DNA of 32,000 bases from Nitrosopumilus sp. (GCA_965197525.1 OZ240211.1:506251-538250), one strand, 5' to 3'. Shown: positions 17,487 through 25,549, counted from the first letter of the stretch. A program made the numbers and translations. The notes: generated by a model not told the origin, from the letters alone.

Positions 17487-19004
17487 CTATATCAGAAACA
17501 AAAATACCGAGGCAGGTATAATTACGTAATCAGTTTTAGATTCCAAATCGAGTTTTGACAAAACAATCCCGGTTTTTTTCACATCATTACGAAAGCTTGT
17601 TAATCCAGATAATTCCTTGGCGTTAATTTTTTGTCTAAACTTTACTTCGATTGGAATTTCAATATCTCCAACTGAAAGCACGAAATCTACTTCCTTGTTG
17701 TTTTTACTCTTCCAGTAAAAGACATGGTTATGGTATTGAAAAATATGCTTTTTTGTACTCAGAGCAAAAGCTAATCTGATTAGGTGGTCGGCTACTATGC
17801 CTTCCACCATCTTTCCCTTATTTGCCTCGTCTTGTACGTACTGTAAGCTAAGATCAAAACTGTTCATTTGATCTGCCCATCCATTAAAAATATGGAGTAA
17901 AAATGGATCTCGGAAATAAAACTTCCGATCATTTTGGATTCTAGGCATCTTGTTTTTGGTACCGTATAGATACACGATTGATAAGACAAATAGATCATCT
18001 AATGTGTATGCATAGTCTGCCACAGTGTTTGGACTACCTATTGCAGATTCACGGGAGAGATTGGTCCAAGAGGTATGGCTAGTCAAACCATTAATTATTG
18101 TTCTTCCAAATTGCCCAAGTAATGTTTCATTTTTAGATTGGCGACTCCATTCGCCGGTAATGCCATTAAGATATTCATAGTAGATATTTTCGTCTAATAT
18201 GCCGGTCGTGATCTTTTTATTAATTATGTAAGGAGTTCCTCCAGTGAGCATATATTCATTTAACAAATCATTTAATTCATTTTGGTACGCATTAATTTTG
18301 TCAATATTTGAATGTATACTGAGATTAGTAAGATCCAGAAGAATGTTTTTCTTGTTTTGAGTACAATGTAATTTTAGATCTGAATGGAGTGATTTTAGTT
18401 CACTATTTTGCATGCAGACAAACTCAGAAAATTTCATAGGTAGCAAAATCTTATCATAGGTATCTGTTATTGTTCCCCTTCTGTTGGGTAGTCTTTCAGA
18501 TGCATTCTTCAATCCAATTGCTTGTGAACCCGTAGCTACTAGTGTAACATTGGGGATTTTATGCTGATCCACTAACCATTTGATACTTTTCTGCCAATCA
18601 ATTACTGAAGTTGCTTCATCTAAAAAGATATACCGTCTATCGCTTTCTCGCAATTTTGGTGTTAATTTAAAATAAATTTCTATAACATCTACAATATCTT
18701 GTTTTGTATCATCAATGTCCAAAGAGTAATAGCATATCTGCCACGGCGATATTCCTTTGTCTAAAAAATCTTTGATCTGTAACATCAGTAATGTGGTTTT
18801 GCCAATTTGTCTAGGTCCACGTAGCGTATAGACTACGGTGTTAGTTGTACTGAAATCCCACTTGATCTTATCTTTCAGTTCTGGAACATATTTCATCATA
18901 GATTTATGCCACTCGTAGATTTTTTGGTTATCGTTAATCTTGCTTGCATTCTTCCACCAAGGATTCATATCCCTTATTCGGTATTCGCTGACCATACAGG
19001 ACAT
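17487..19004 (-). CDS. AAA+ ATPase of the COG1373 type (AAA domain plus DUF4143-like C-terminus)
   Basis: It has Walker A GPRQIGKTT, Walker B YIFLDEAT and NPWW near the N-terminus. I trimmed the start from the ORF-track GTG (19040, inside the tandem repeat) to the ATG at 19004. The ATG at 18995 is equally possible. Confidence 0.8.
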   Translation of the reverse strand: MSCMVSEYRIRDMNPWWKNASKINDNQKIYEWHKSMMKYVPELKDKIKWDFSTTNTVVYTLRGPRQIGKTTLLMLQIKDFLDKGISPWQICYYSLDIDDTKQDIVDVIEIYFKLTPKLRESDRRYIFLDEATSVIDWQKSIKWLVDQHKIPNVTLVATGSQAIGLKNASERLPNRRGTITDTYDKILLPMKFSEFVCMQNSELKSLHSDLKLHCTQNKKNILLDLTNLSIHSNIDKINAYQNELNDLLNEYMLTGGTPYIINKKITTGILDENIYYEYLNGITGEWSRQSKNETLLGQFGRTIINGLTSHTSWTNLSRESAIGSPNTVADYAYTLDDLFVLSIVYLYGTKNKMPRIQNDRKFYFRDPFLLHIFNGWADQMNSFDLSLQYVQDEANKGKMVEGIVADHLIRLAFALSTKKHIFQYHNHVFYWKSKNNKEVDFVLSVGDIEIPIEVKFRQKINAKELSGLTSFRNDVKKTGIVLSKLDLESKTDYVIIPASVFLFLI

Positions 19005-19180
19005 ACTGAACGGTTCTTTATATATTACAGTCGGATCCACTGAACGGTTCTTTATATATTACAGTCGGATCCACTGAACGGTTCTTTATATATTACAGTC
19101 GGATCCACTGAACGGTTCTTTATATATTACAGTCGGATCCACTGAACGGTTCTTTATATATTACAGTCGGATCCACTGAA
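19005..19180. repeat. Perfect 34-bp tandem repeat, 5 copies plus a 6-nt partial
   Basis: The unit ACTGAACGGTTCTTTATATATTACAGTCGGATCC begins at 19005, 19039, 19073, 19107 and 19141, with a partial at 19175. Each unit contains TTTATATA, which matches the archaeal TATA box. Confidence 0.95.
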
Positions 19181-19324
19181 TTATTTGCCAACTTTATGAT
19201 TTCCAAGGTTTGTGATCAGAGATCATGATATCTACCGTCTCGCTAGCCTGCACAAGTATTTGGCTATTCTGAATTTAATTACTTTGAGGGTAAATTGTAA
19301 TTAGTAAAGAGATTACCAACTAGA

Positions 19325-21346
19325 TTACATCATGTTAGGAACTCGGATTCCAAGAAGAAACAACGCCTTCTCTAGAGTAATCTTAAAAGAGTTTACAAGA
19401 CAGAGACGGGCAGATTCAAGCGAATCATCATCTAAATTCAAAACTTTGACATGCTCATAAAACGAATTAAATGAGACGGCCAAGTCATGAGAGTATCGTG
19501 CAATGACTTTGGGGGATAAATTGTTTGCAGCGTCACGAACTTTGAGATTAAAGAGACCTATATTTTGAATCAAATCTAGTTCAGAGGATTCTTTTAGATG
19601 AGAGAAATCAACGTCTATTGAAGGCGTTCTTTTAGATCTCTCTAAAATTCTCAATGCCCTAACAAAAGTATATTGGATGTACGGAGCAGTGTCACCATCT
19701 AAACTAAGGGATTTTTTCAGATCAAATGTGATTACCTTGTCCAAATCCTGTTTTATCATCTCATATCTCAAAGTACCAACTGAAATAGAATGTGCAATAT
19801 CTTCAATCGCACTGTCAGATATATCAGGATGTCGTCTTTTAGTCTCTTCCATCGACTTTGTTTTTAACATGTCATACATCGAATCGGCACTAACATACAG
19901 ACCTTTTCTACCAGACATCTGAACTTGTTTGCCTCCGGTATCCAAGCCAAGCATCTCTGCAGTATCAGAGCTTAGTATAACTGACTCATAACCGAGATGA
20001 ATGTATGAGTCAGGTGCAGATTTGAATCTATCCATTAACAATGTTATGATCTTTTGCAATCCAGCTTGCCGTGAATCAATTACAGTGATAACGCGTGATG
20101 CAGTAAAATCTTTTTTGATATTATTAGCATCAGAGTTAACAAGACTGGTTTGCCATAAAATACGAGGGGCAGGTTGTTGTTGTTGTTGTGTTACATCATA
20201 TTTGGTATAAGTGAACGGATCATCGACTAGTCCTAGTTTCCAAGCAGCGTACGGAATGTCTTTGGCAATGTATGTTGCAGTGCCGTTACTCCTAATAATC
20301 ACGGTATCAGGATTGCCATCATAAGTATTGTTAGTGTAGCGGACAGCATTGTCATCATCAACAGTATCAACAATTACGCTAGTACCACTAGTATCACCAC
20401 CAGAACTATCGTGTCTCCTACTACCGCTACTGTTGCTATGACCTCGAATAACCCAGCATCCGGTATTATCGCCCTCTGTCTCAAACTCGATTAACTTCAT
20501 GGCCTTGAGCTTTTCAAATATTTGAGCCCATAGCCCCGAACGAATAATCTGAGATTCAAAGTTCAAACAGTCATAAGATACGCCCAGATTCCAGCATGTC
20601 TCAAGCTGCCCTGCCAAAACCCTTCGGGTAATCTTGTCTGCAAACCTTGCAGTATCAGAGGTTCCATCCTCTAACTCTTTGAGTATATCTCGCCTAACAC
20701 TCTCAAGGCTGGGATCTTTTTCTATTTGCAAAGTAGTTTTTACATAGATGTCATCACCACAATAATGATCAAATTTTTTCTCATTAGGAGGTGTCAAATC
20801 ATACTTGAGATGCATGAATCCAAGTAGAATGTCTGCCACTTGAAGTCCCGAATCATCAATGTAATTTAGTATGTTGACTTTGTAATTGGATTTTTTTAGT
20901 ATTCTAGAGACCGTATCACCAATAACAATATTTCTTACATGTCCAATGTGTAATGCTTTGTTTGGGTTTACACTAGTATGTTCGACTGTAATGGTAGAGC
21001 CATTGCCAATATCAACATCGCCAAAAGTGTCAAGGTGTGATTCACAGATGATCAATTCGTTTAGCTTGTCCCAATCAGCAAAAAAGTTGAGATATCCTGA
21101 TCTATGAGCATTACTAGTCTTAACAAGTGTACTCATACAAGAGTCATATTTGTCAGATAGCATCTGGGCAATATCAAAAGGGTTTTGCTTGAGTTTCTTT
21201 GCAAGTAAAAACGCAATATTAGAGGTAACGTCACCAAAACCAGGTTTTGCAGGTTCGACTGAAAAGGAGACACCCGAGATCTCAAGATCGGATAATATCT
21301 TGTTTAGATTGTTTCGAATTTCATCAAGAATTGATTGGAACGTCAT
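19325..21346 (-). CDS. argS: Arginyl-tRNA synthetase
   Basis: 673 aa with HIGH (ALHIGHVRN), a DALR-type anticodon-binding C-terminus and a terminal Met. It contains a 44-aa Ser/Gly/Asp-rich insertion. Confidence 0.95.
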   Translation of the reverse strand: MTFQSILDEIRNNLNKILSDLEISGVSFSVEPAKPGFGDVTSNIAFLLAKKLKQNPFDIAQMLSDKYDSCMSTLVKTSNAHRSGYLNFFADWDKLNELIICESHLDTFGDVDIGNGSTITVEHTSVNPNKALHIGHVRNIVIGDTVSRILKKSNYKVNILNYIDDSGLQVADILLGFMHLKYDLTPPNEKKFDHYCGDDIYVKTTLQIEKDPSLESVRRDILKELEDGTSDTARFADKITRRVLAGQLETCWNLGVSYDCLNFESQIIRSGLWAQIFEKLKAMKLIEFETEGDNTGCWVIRGHSNSSGSRRHDSSGGDTSGTSVIVDTVDDDNAVRYTNNTYDGNPDTVIIRSNGTATYIAKDIPYAAWKLGLVDDPFTYTKYDVTQQQQQPAPRILWQTSLVNSDANNIKKDFTASRVITVIDSRQAGLQKIITLLMDRFKSAPDSYIHLGYESVILSSDTAEMLGLDTGGKQVQMSGRKGLYVSADSMYDMLKTKSMEETKRRHPDISDSAIEDIAHSISVGTLRYEMIKQDLDKVITFDLKKSLSLDGDTAPYIQYTFVRALRILERSKRTPSIDVDFSHLKESSELDLIQNIGLFNLKVRDAANNLSPKVIARYSHDLAVSFNSFYEHVKVLNLDDDSLESARLCLVNSFKITLEKALFLLGIRVPNMM

Positions 21347-21361
21347 AACATATCATCATCG

Positions 21362-22057
21362 TCATAATAACAGCTGCGGCGCTAATTTATCTAATGCCTC
21401 AAGAATACCATCACCTGCATGTCCAGGTACAGTCATTGTAGCATGGGATTTTACCTGTTCTGAAGCATTACCCAATGCAATACTTGTCTTTGCCACTTGG
21501 AATAATGGAACGTCAGTTAGGCTATCGCCTATAGCTATAACGTCATCAAGAGTAATAGACATCCTATTCATAATATTAGTAAATCCAGTACCCTTGTTAA
21601 TACCTAAAGAATTGATATGATACGCATAACGACTGTCAGATAATACAACACCAATGTTACGCTCAGCTAGTATATCTCTTGCAAGGTCTAGATCAAATGT
21701 TCTCTCCAAAATAACTTCAGTCATTCGAGGAAACACAGACATCTGTCGTACGTCATCAAGATTGCTCTGAAGTACCGCAAATGCATTTTTACACGCTGTA
21801 ATATCTCCTAACAGCGTATGGCTGTTAGTGTTATCGGTAATGCATCCGCCATTCTCACCGACTGCAATCTTTGTAGTGCCAGCAGTAACTGCAAGCAGAA
21901 AACCTTCAACGGATGAACGGCCGGTTACAAAGATGACATTGTGGCCCATCTCAGTTAAGCGTCTTAATGCTGCAAGTGCCTCAAGGTTAATTGTCATACT
22001 TTGATTGTCTTCGGTAATTGTACCATCAATATCGACTGCAAATGTCTTGGGCTTCAT
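21362..22057 (-). CDS. HAD-superfamily phosphatase (subfamily IIB, archaeal phosphoglycolate phosphatase-like)
   Basis: 231 aa with motif I FAVDIDGTIT, motif II VTGRS and motif IV GDSLTD. Confidence 0.8.
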   Translation of the reverse strand: MKPKTFAVDIDGTITEDNQSMTINLEALAALRRLTEMGHNVIFVTGRSSVEGFLLAVTAGTTKIAVGENGGCITDNTNSHTLLGDITACKNAFAVLQSNLDDVRQMSVFPRMTEVILERTFDLDLARDILAERNIGVVLSDSRYAYHINSLGINKGTGFTNIMNRMSITLDDVIAIGDSLTDVPLFQVAKTSIALGNASEQVKSHATMTVPGHAGDGILEALDKLAPQLLL

Positions 22058-22194
22058 ACGTATTCTTCAGAGAACCCCGATAATATCTGCTACGCTAGCA
22101 AGTAATACGGTTTTATTTGAAAAGGTTTTGTGAAGTTATCGGGAGTTATATGTCATCCCTAAAATGTATAAACCTCTGAACCGTAAGATATTCG

Positions 22195-23388
22195 TTGAGA
22201 GCGATAAAGTCAATATCACAGAAATATGCGCAAAACTCTGATCTAATGGATATGATGGCTATATTCACAAAGATGGTCAATCATTGCATCAAGATAGGGT
22301 TGAAAGAAGACACTCACAATATGAAGAGGTTGTCCATGTTATGTTATCATGAATTACGTAACTATGGCATTTTATCAACATACAAGATATGTGCAATATC
22401 AAGAGCTGCAGGCATATTATCAAACAGAAAACAATCAATCAAACGAGGTGTCAGAATAAGAGACCCAATAGTCAAAAATCCCTTTATGACAAACTGTTAC
22501 GGCATAAAACACAACGGTGCACTACTAACAATCCCATACAAGAAACATAACCCAATCAGCATTTTACTCAACGATCACACCCAAAAAATCCTATCTGATC
22601 CCGCCTTGACGGTGCGCTCGTTTTCATTGACTGCTCTCAACATCAGTCTTTGTGTTTCAAAAACAGTACAAGAGATAGAGTGCACCAAGAAGGTGGGAAT
22701 AGACAGAAACCTAAGAAATGTGACGTGTGGGGACGAGGAAGAGGTGACAGTCTACAAGACAAACAAACTGTTATCCATAAAGGAGAACACAATACACGCC
22801 AGGGCAGGCTTCCACAGAAATGATCGCAGGAAGAAAAATCAGTTCTACAAGGAAAAACAGAGAAGACTGACTAACAGAGCAAAGCAGTACATCCACAGAA
22901 TCTCAAAGGATATAGTAGACAACGCAGTCAAAAACAAGACTGCAATCGTCATGGAAAACCTGAAAGGAATAAGAAAATTGTACCGAAAAGGAAACACTCA
23001 AGGTAACAAGTACAGACGTAGATTGAACGGGTGGCAATTCTACGAGTTACAACGCCAAATAGAATACAAAGCCCAATGGGTCGGACTACCTCCAGTCGAG
23101 ACAGTAGACCCAAGAAACACGAGCACGCAGTGTCCACAATGCGGAAAGAGACTCCAAGAGGACATGCAACAACATCGTAAATTGTCGTGTAATAATTGCG
23201 GTTTGTTTATGGACAGGGACATCATCGCTGCCATGAACATATCACGCAAACTGCCCCCTAGGTTTAGGGGTAGTAGAGGTGACATAGATGAAGCACAGTC
23301 CGGCACTTTTGAGCAGGCGATGACGGAACCCAGCACACCATTGGTAATCCGAATAGTCGATATGTCAAAGTCGAGTTATAGGGGTTAA
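22195..23388 (+). CDS. tnpB: TnpB (IS605 OrfB-family) RNA-guided endonuclease, apparently intact
   Basis: 397 aa with RuvC-I VGIDRN (Asp ~170), RuvC-II VMENLKG (Glu ~254), zinc ribbon CPQCG...CNNCG and RuvC-III MDRDIIAAMNI. It has a TTG start; the paralog uses ATG at the equivalent codon. Confidence 0.92.
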   Translation: MRAIKSISQKYAQNSDLMDMMAIFTKMVNHCIKIGLKEDTHNMKRLSMLCYHELRNYGILSTYKICAISRAAGILSNRKQSIKRGVRIRDPIVKNPFMTNCYGIKHNGALLTIPYKKHNPISILLNDHTQKILSDPALTVRSFSLTALNISLCVSKTVQEIECTKKVGIDRNLRNVTCGDEEEVTVYKTNKLLSIKENTIHARAGFHRNDRRKKNQFYKEKQRRLTNRAKQYIHRISKDIVDNAVKNKTAIVMENLKGIRKLYRKGNTQGNKYRRRLNGWQFYELQRQIEYKAQWVGLPPVETVDPRNTSTQCPQCGKRLQEDMQQHRKLSCNNCGLFMDRDIIAAMNISRKLPPRFRGSRGDIDEAQSGTFEQAMTEPSTPLVIRIVDMSKSSYRG

Positions 23389-23410
23389 CTCCCGATAACT
23401 TCACAGAACC
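23255..23410 (+). ncRNA. Putative omega-RNA (reRNA) scaffold overlapping the tnpB 3' end and the right end
   Basis: This is the nucleotide block most conserved among all four copies, including the non-coding ones. A terminal hairpin GTTATAGGGGTTAACTCCCGATAAC lies just before TTCACAGAACC. The expected guide is the flank 23411-23430. Confidence 0.55.
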
Positions 23411-23438
23411 AAAAGAATAGTAAAAAAGATGAAGATTA

Positions 23439-24554
23439 TTGGGAATTCCTGAAAAGATCAAAGCCATACAAGATGAAATGGCAAAGACGCAGATCAACAA
23501 GGCAACAGAGCACCACATAGGATTACTCAAAGCAAAGATTGCCAAGCTCAAAAGAGAACAAGAAGCAGATGCTGTCAAAAAATCAGGCATGAAGCAAGAT
23601 GGATTTGATGTAAGGCGTAGCGGAGATGCGACAGTGGTATTCATAGGACTGCCAAGTGTCGGAAAATCTACACTGTTAAACAAGATGACTGGTGCTAACT
23701 CAACCATAGGGGCTTTCCAATTTACAACACTGACTGTTGTTCCGGGGATGATGGAGTACAGGGGCGCAAAGATCCAAGTATTGGATCTGCCAGGGATCAT
23801 AAAAGGTGCATCAACAGGCAAAGGATTAGGAAAGAGAATATTATCAGTTGCAAGATCAGCTGACCTAGTACTGTTGATGTTAGATGTATTTCAACCATAT
23901 CACGAGGACGTGTTAATAAATGAATTAGGCAATATTGGAATAAGATTAAACCGCCTACCACCGAACATCACAATTGAAAAAGCATCAATGGGAGGAATTG
24001 CAGTTGCGCAACAAGTAAAATTAACAAAGATCACAGAGAAACATCTCAAAGACATATTACATCTGTACGGATTGGTTAGCGCACGCGTGGTAATAAGAGA
24101 AGATATAACATCTGAACAATTGGCAGATCATATTGCAGGAAATATTAGTTATTCAAAAGCTATCACGATACTAAACAAGATTGATCTAGTGGATAAAGTA
24201 TTTCTCAATAATTTAAAAACAAAGATAAAATCAGACGTAGTAGAGGTGTCTGCAAATGCAGATATCAACATTGAACTACTCAAAGAAAAGATATATCAGA
24301 AATTAAAATTTATTAGAATATATATGAGACCCAAGGGCGGAGAGACTGATTTTAAAGAACCGTTAATTGCAAGAGAAGGTGACACAGTTGAAGAAATTTG
24401 TAACAAACTTCATCGCAGGTTAAGAAGAGAGTTCAGATACGGTTTAGTTTGGGGCAAGAGTGTAAAGTTTGGAGGACAGCGAGTGGGATTAAGTCACATT
24501 TTAGTCGATGAGGATGTGCTCACCATAATAAAAAAGCGTGGAAGTACTGTATAA
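23439..24554 (+). CDS. DRG-family (Obg-like) GTP-binding protein with C-terminal TGS domain
   Basis: 371 aa with G1 GLPSVGKST, G3 DLPGII and G4 NKID. It has the N-terminal MGIPEKIKAIQDEMAKTQ typical of DRG proteins and a TTG start. Confidence 0.92.
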   Translation: MGIPEKIKAIQDEMAKTQINKATEHHIGLLKAKIAKLKREQEADAVKKSGMKQDGFDVRRSGDATVVFIGLPSVGKSTLLNKMTGANSTIGAFQFTTLTVVPGMMEYRGAKIQVLDLPGIIKGASTGKGLGKRILSVARSADLVLLMLDVFQPYHEDVLINELGNIGIRLNRLPPNITIEKASMGGIAVAQQVKLTKITEKHLKDILHLYGLVSARVVIREDITSEQLADHIAGNISYSKAITILNKIDLVDKVFLNNLKTKIKSDVVEVSANADINIELLKEKIYQKLKFIRIYMRPKGGETDFKEPLIAREGDTVEEICNKLHRRLRREFRYGLVWGKSVKFGGQRVGLSHILVDEDVLTIIKKRGSTV

Positions 24555-24759
24555 CTAGAAAAAATCAAGCGTATGCTGTGCTGCGTGTGCCTGTATGACA
24601 CCATAACGAGAGTCTTATTCATAATTGAAAGCTCCATGTGTAGAAAAATTGTAGAAAAAATACACGATTAAAGGAGAAATTTACTTTATAATTTATAATC
24701 AAATTGTGTAAACTTTTTTAGTGTAGTAATTCAAAAATGGGAAAAAGCTCAACATTGCA

Positions 24760-25320
24760 ATGGCTATAAGAAAAACTTCTACAGCTAAACGTAGAACAGC
24801 TAAGAAAACTACTGCAAGAAAGACATCTACAAAGAAAGCAGCTCCTAGACGAAGTGCAGCAAAGAAAGCAGCTCCTAGACGAAGTGCAGCAAAGAAAGCA
24901 GCTCCTAGACGAAGTGCAGCAAAGAAAGCAGCTCCTAGACGAAGTGCAGCAAAGAAAGCAGCTCCTAGACGAAGTGCAGCAAAGAAAGCAGCTCCTAGAC
25001 GAAGTGCAGCAAAGAAAGCAGCTCCTAGACGAAGTGCAGCAAAGAAAGCAGCTCCTAGACGAAGTGCAGCAAAGAAAGCAGCTCCTAGACGAAGTGCAGC
25101 AAAGAAAGCAGCTCCTAGACGAAGTGCAGCAAAGAAAGCAGCTCCTAGACGAAGTGCAGCAAAGAAAGCAGCTCCTAGACGAAGTGCAGCAAAGAAAGCA
25201 GCTCCTAGACGAAGTGCAGCAAAGAAAGCAGCTCCTAGACGAAGTGCAGCAAAGAAAGCAGCTCCTAGACGAAGTGCAGCAAAGAAAGCAGCTCCTAGAC
25301 GAAGTGCAAAGAGACGATAA
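24760..25320 (+). CDS. Highly basic Ala/Lys/Arg/Pro repeat protein (histone H1-tail-like), 16 x AAPRRSAAKK
   Basis: It starts with ATG, and the non-repeat N-terminus MAIRKTSTAKRRTAKKTTARKTSTKK has the same composition as the repeats. The stop comes directly after a degenerate last repeat. Other frames of the repeat are open only because the unit has no stop codon. Confidence 0.6.
   Translation: MAIRKTSTAKRRTAKKTTARKTSTKKAAPRRSAAKKAAPRRSAAKKAAPRRSAAKKAAPRRSAAKKAAPRRSAAKKAAPRRSAAKKAAPRRSAAKKAAPRRSAAKKAAPRRSAAKKAAPRRSAAKKAAPRRSAAKKAAPRRSAAKKAAPRRSAAKKAAPRRSAAKKAAPRRSAAKKAAPRRSAKRR
24838..25308. repeat. Perfect 30-bp tandem repeat, 15 identical units plus a 21-nt partial
   Basis: The unit GCAGCTCCTAGACGAAGTGCAGCAAAGAAA recurs with no mismatch from 24838 to 25287, and the next unit diverges after 21 nt. 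Confidence 0.98.
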
Positions 25321-25549
25321 ATTCGTTAACACAATTAACAATCATCGGACAAACGACGGATTGTTTTCTATTTTTCTAAATGACTCAGTATTAACTATAA
25401 AGTATTAAACTCGATTTTAGTTTTTTAAGATTTGTAATCATAAAATTTTAAAAAATTATTAATTATCAAACATATGACAGAATCAATAATTATAGAGATA
25501 TTGCATATTGCATATTTTTGATGAATAGTTTATTGTTTGAAGAAGCACG

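Larger units (their letters stand above)
22124..23410 (+). mobile_element. TnpB-only insertion element with 25-bp terminal inverted repeats (intact copy)
   Basis: IRL is GGTTTTGTGAAGTTATCGGGAGTTA (22124-22148). IRR TAACTCCCGATAACTTCACAGAACC (23386-23410) has the reverse complement GGTTCTGTGAAGTTATCGGGAGTTA, giving 24/25 matches. The element sits in the divergent HAD/DRG intergenic region. No tnpA is inside it. Confidence 0.85.

Noticed and set aside
19005-19040. ORF-track N-terminal extension of the ATPase (GTG at 19040, MDPTVIYKEPFS)
   Set aside because: The extension lies entirely within one unit of a repeat whose 34-bp period is not a multiple of 3. Conserved NPWW-type N-termini fit a start at the ATG at 19004 or 18995.
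19005-19180. The 34-bp repeat array as a CRISPR array
   Set aside because: The units are directly abutting with no spacers, and no cas genes are nearby. It is a plain tandem duplication.
22062-22095. CAGAGAACCCCGATAATATCTGC upstream of the intact element, as a possible extra element terminus
   Set aside because: It only partly resembles the TIR words (AGAACC, CCGATAA), and these are in the wrong relative order. No partner end or RNA block is adjacent. It is probably chance or part of the HAD promoter.
10160-23420. Target-site duplications for the copies at 6650-6908, 10169-10548 and 22124-23410
   Set aside because: The flanks (TTGCGTTTTTT/GTCATCCC, ACATCATC/TACTATGG, TTTGAAAA/AAAAGAAT) show no convincing direct repeat. 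Only an A-run is shared at the third copy, and that is uninformative in AT-rich DNA.
24718-25408. Alternative readings of the 30-bp repeat: QQRKQLLDEV repeats (24854-25408, +) and CCTSSRSCFL repeats (24718-25341, -)
   Set aside because: These frames are open only because the unit lacks stop codons. They start inside the repeat, at GTG or internal codons, with no matching unique N-terminus. The basic frame has an ATG, a compositionally coherent leader and a stop right after the array. Ribo-seq would be needed to rule them out completely.
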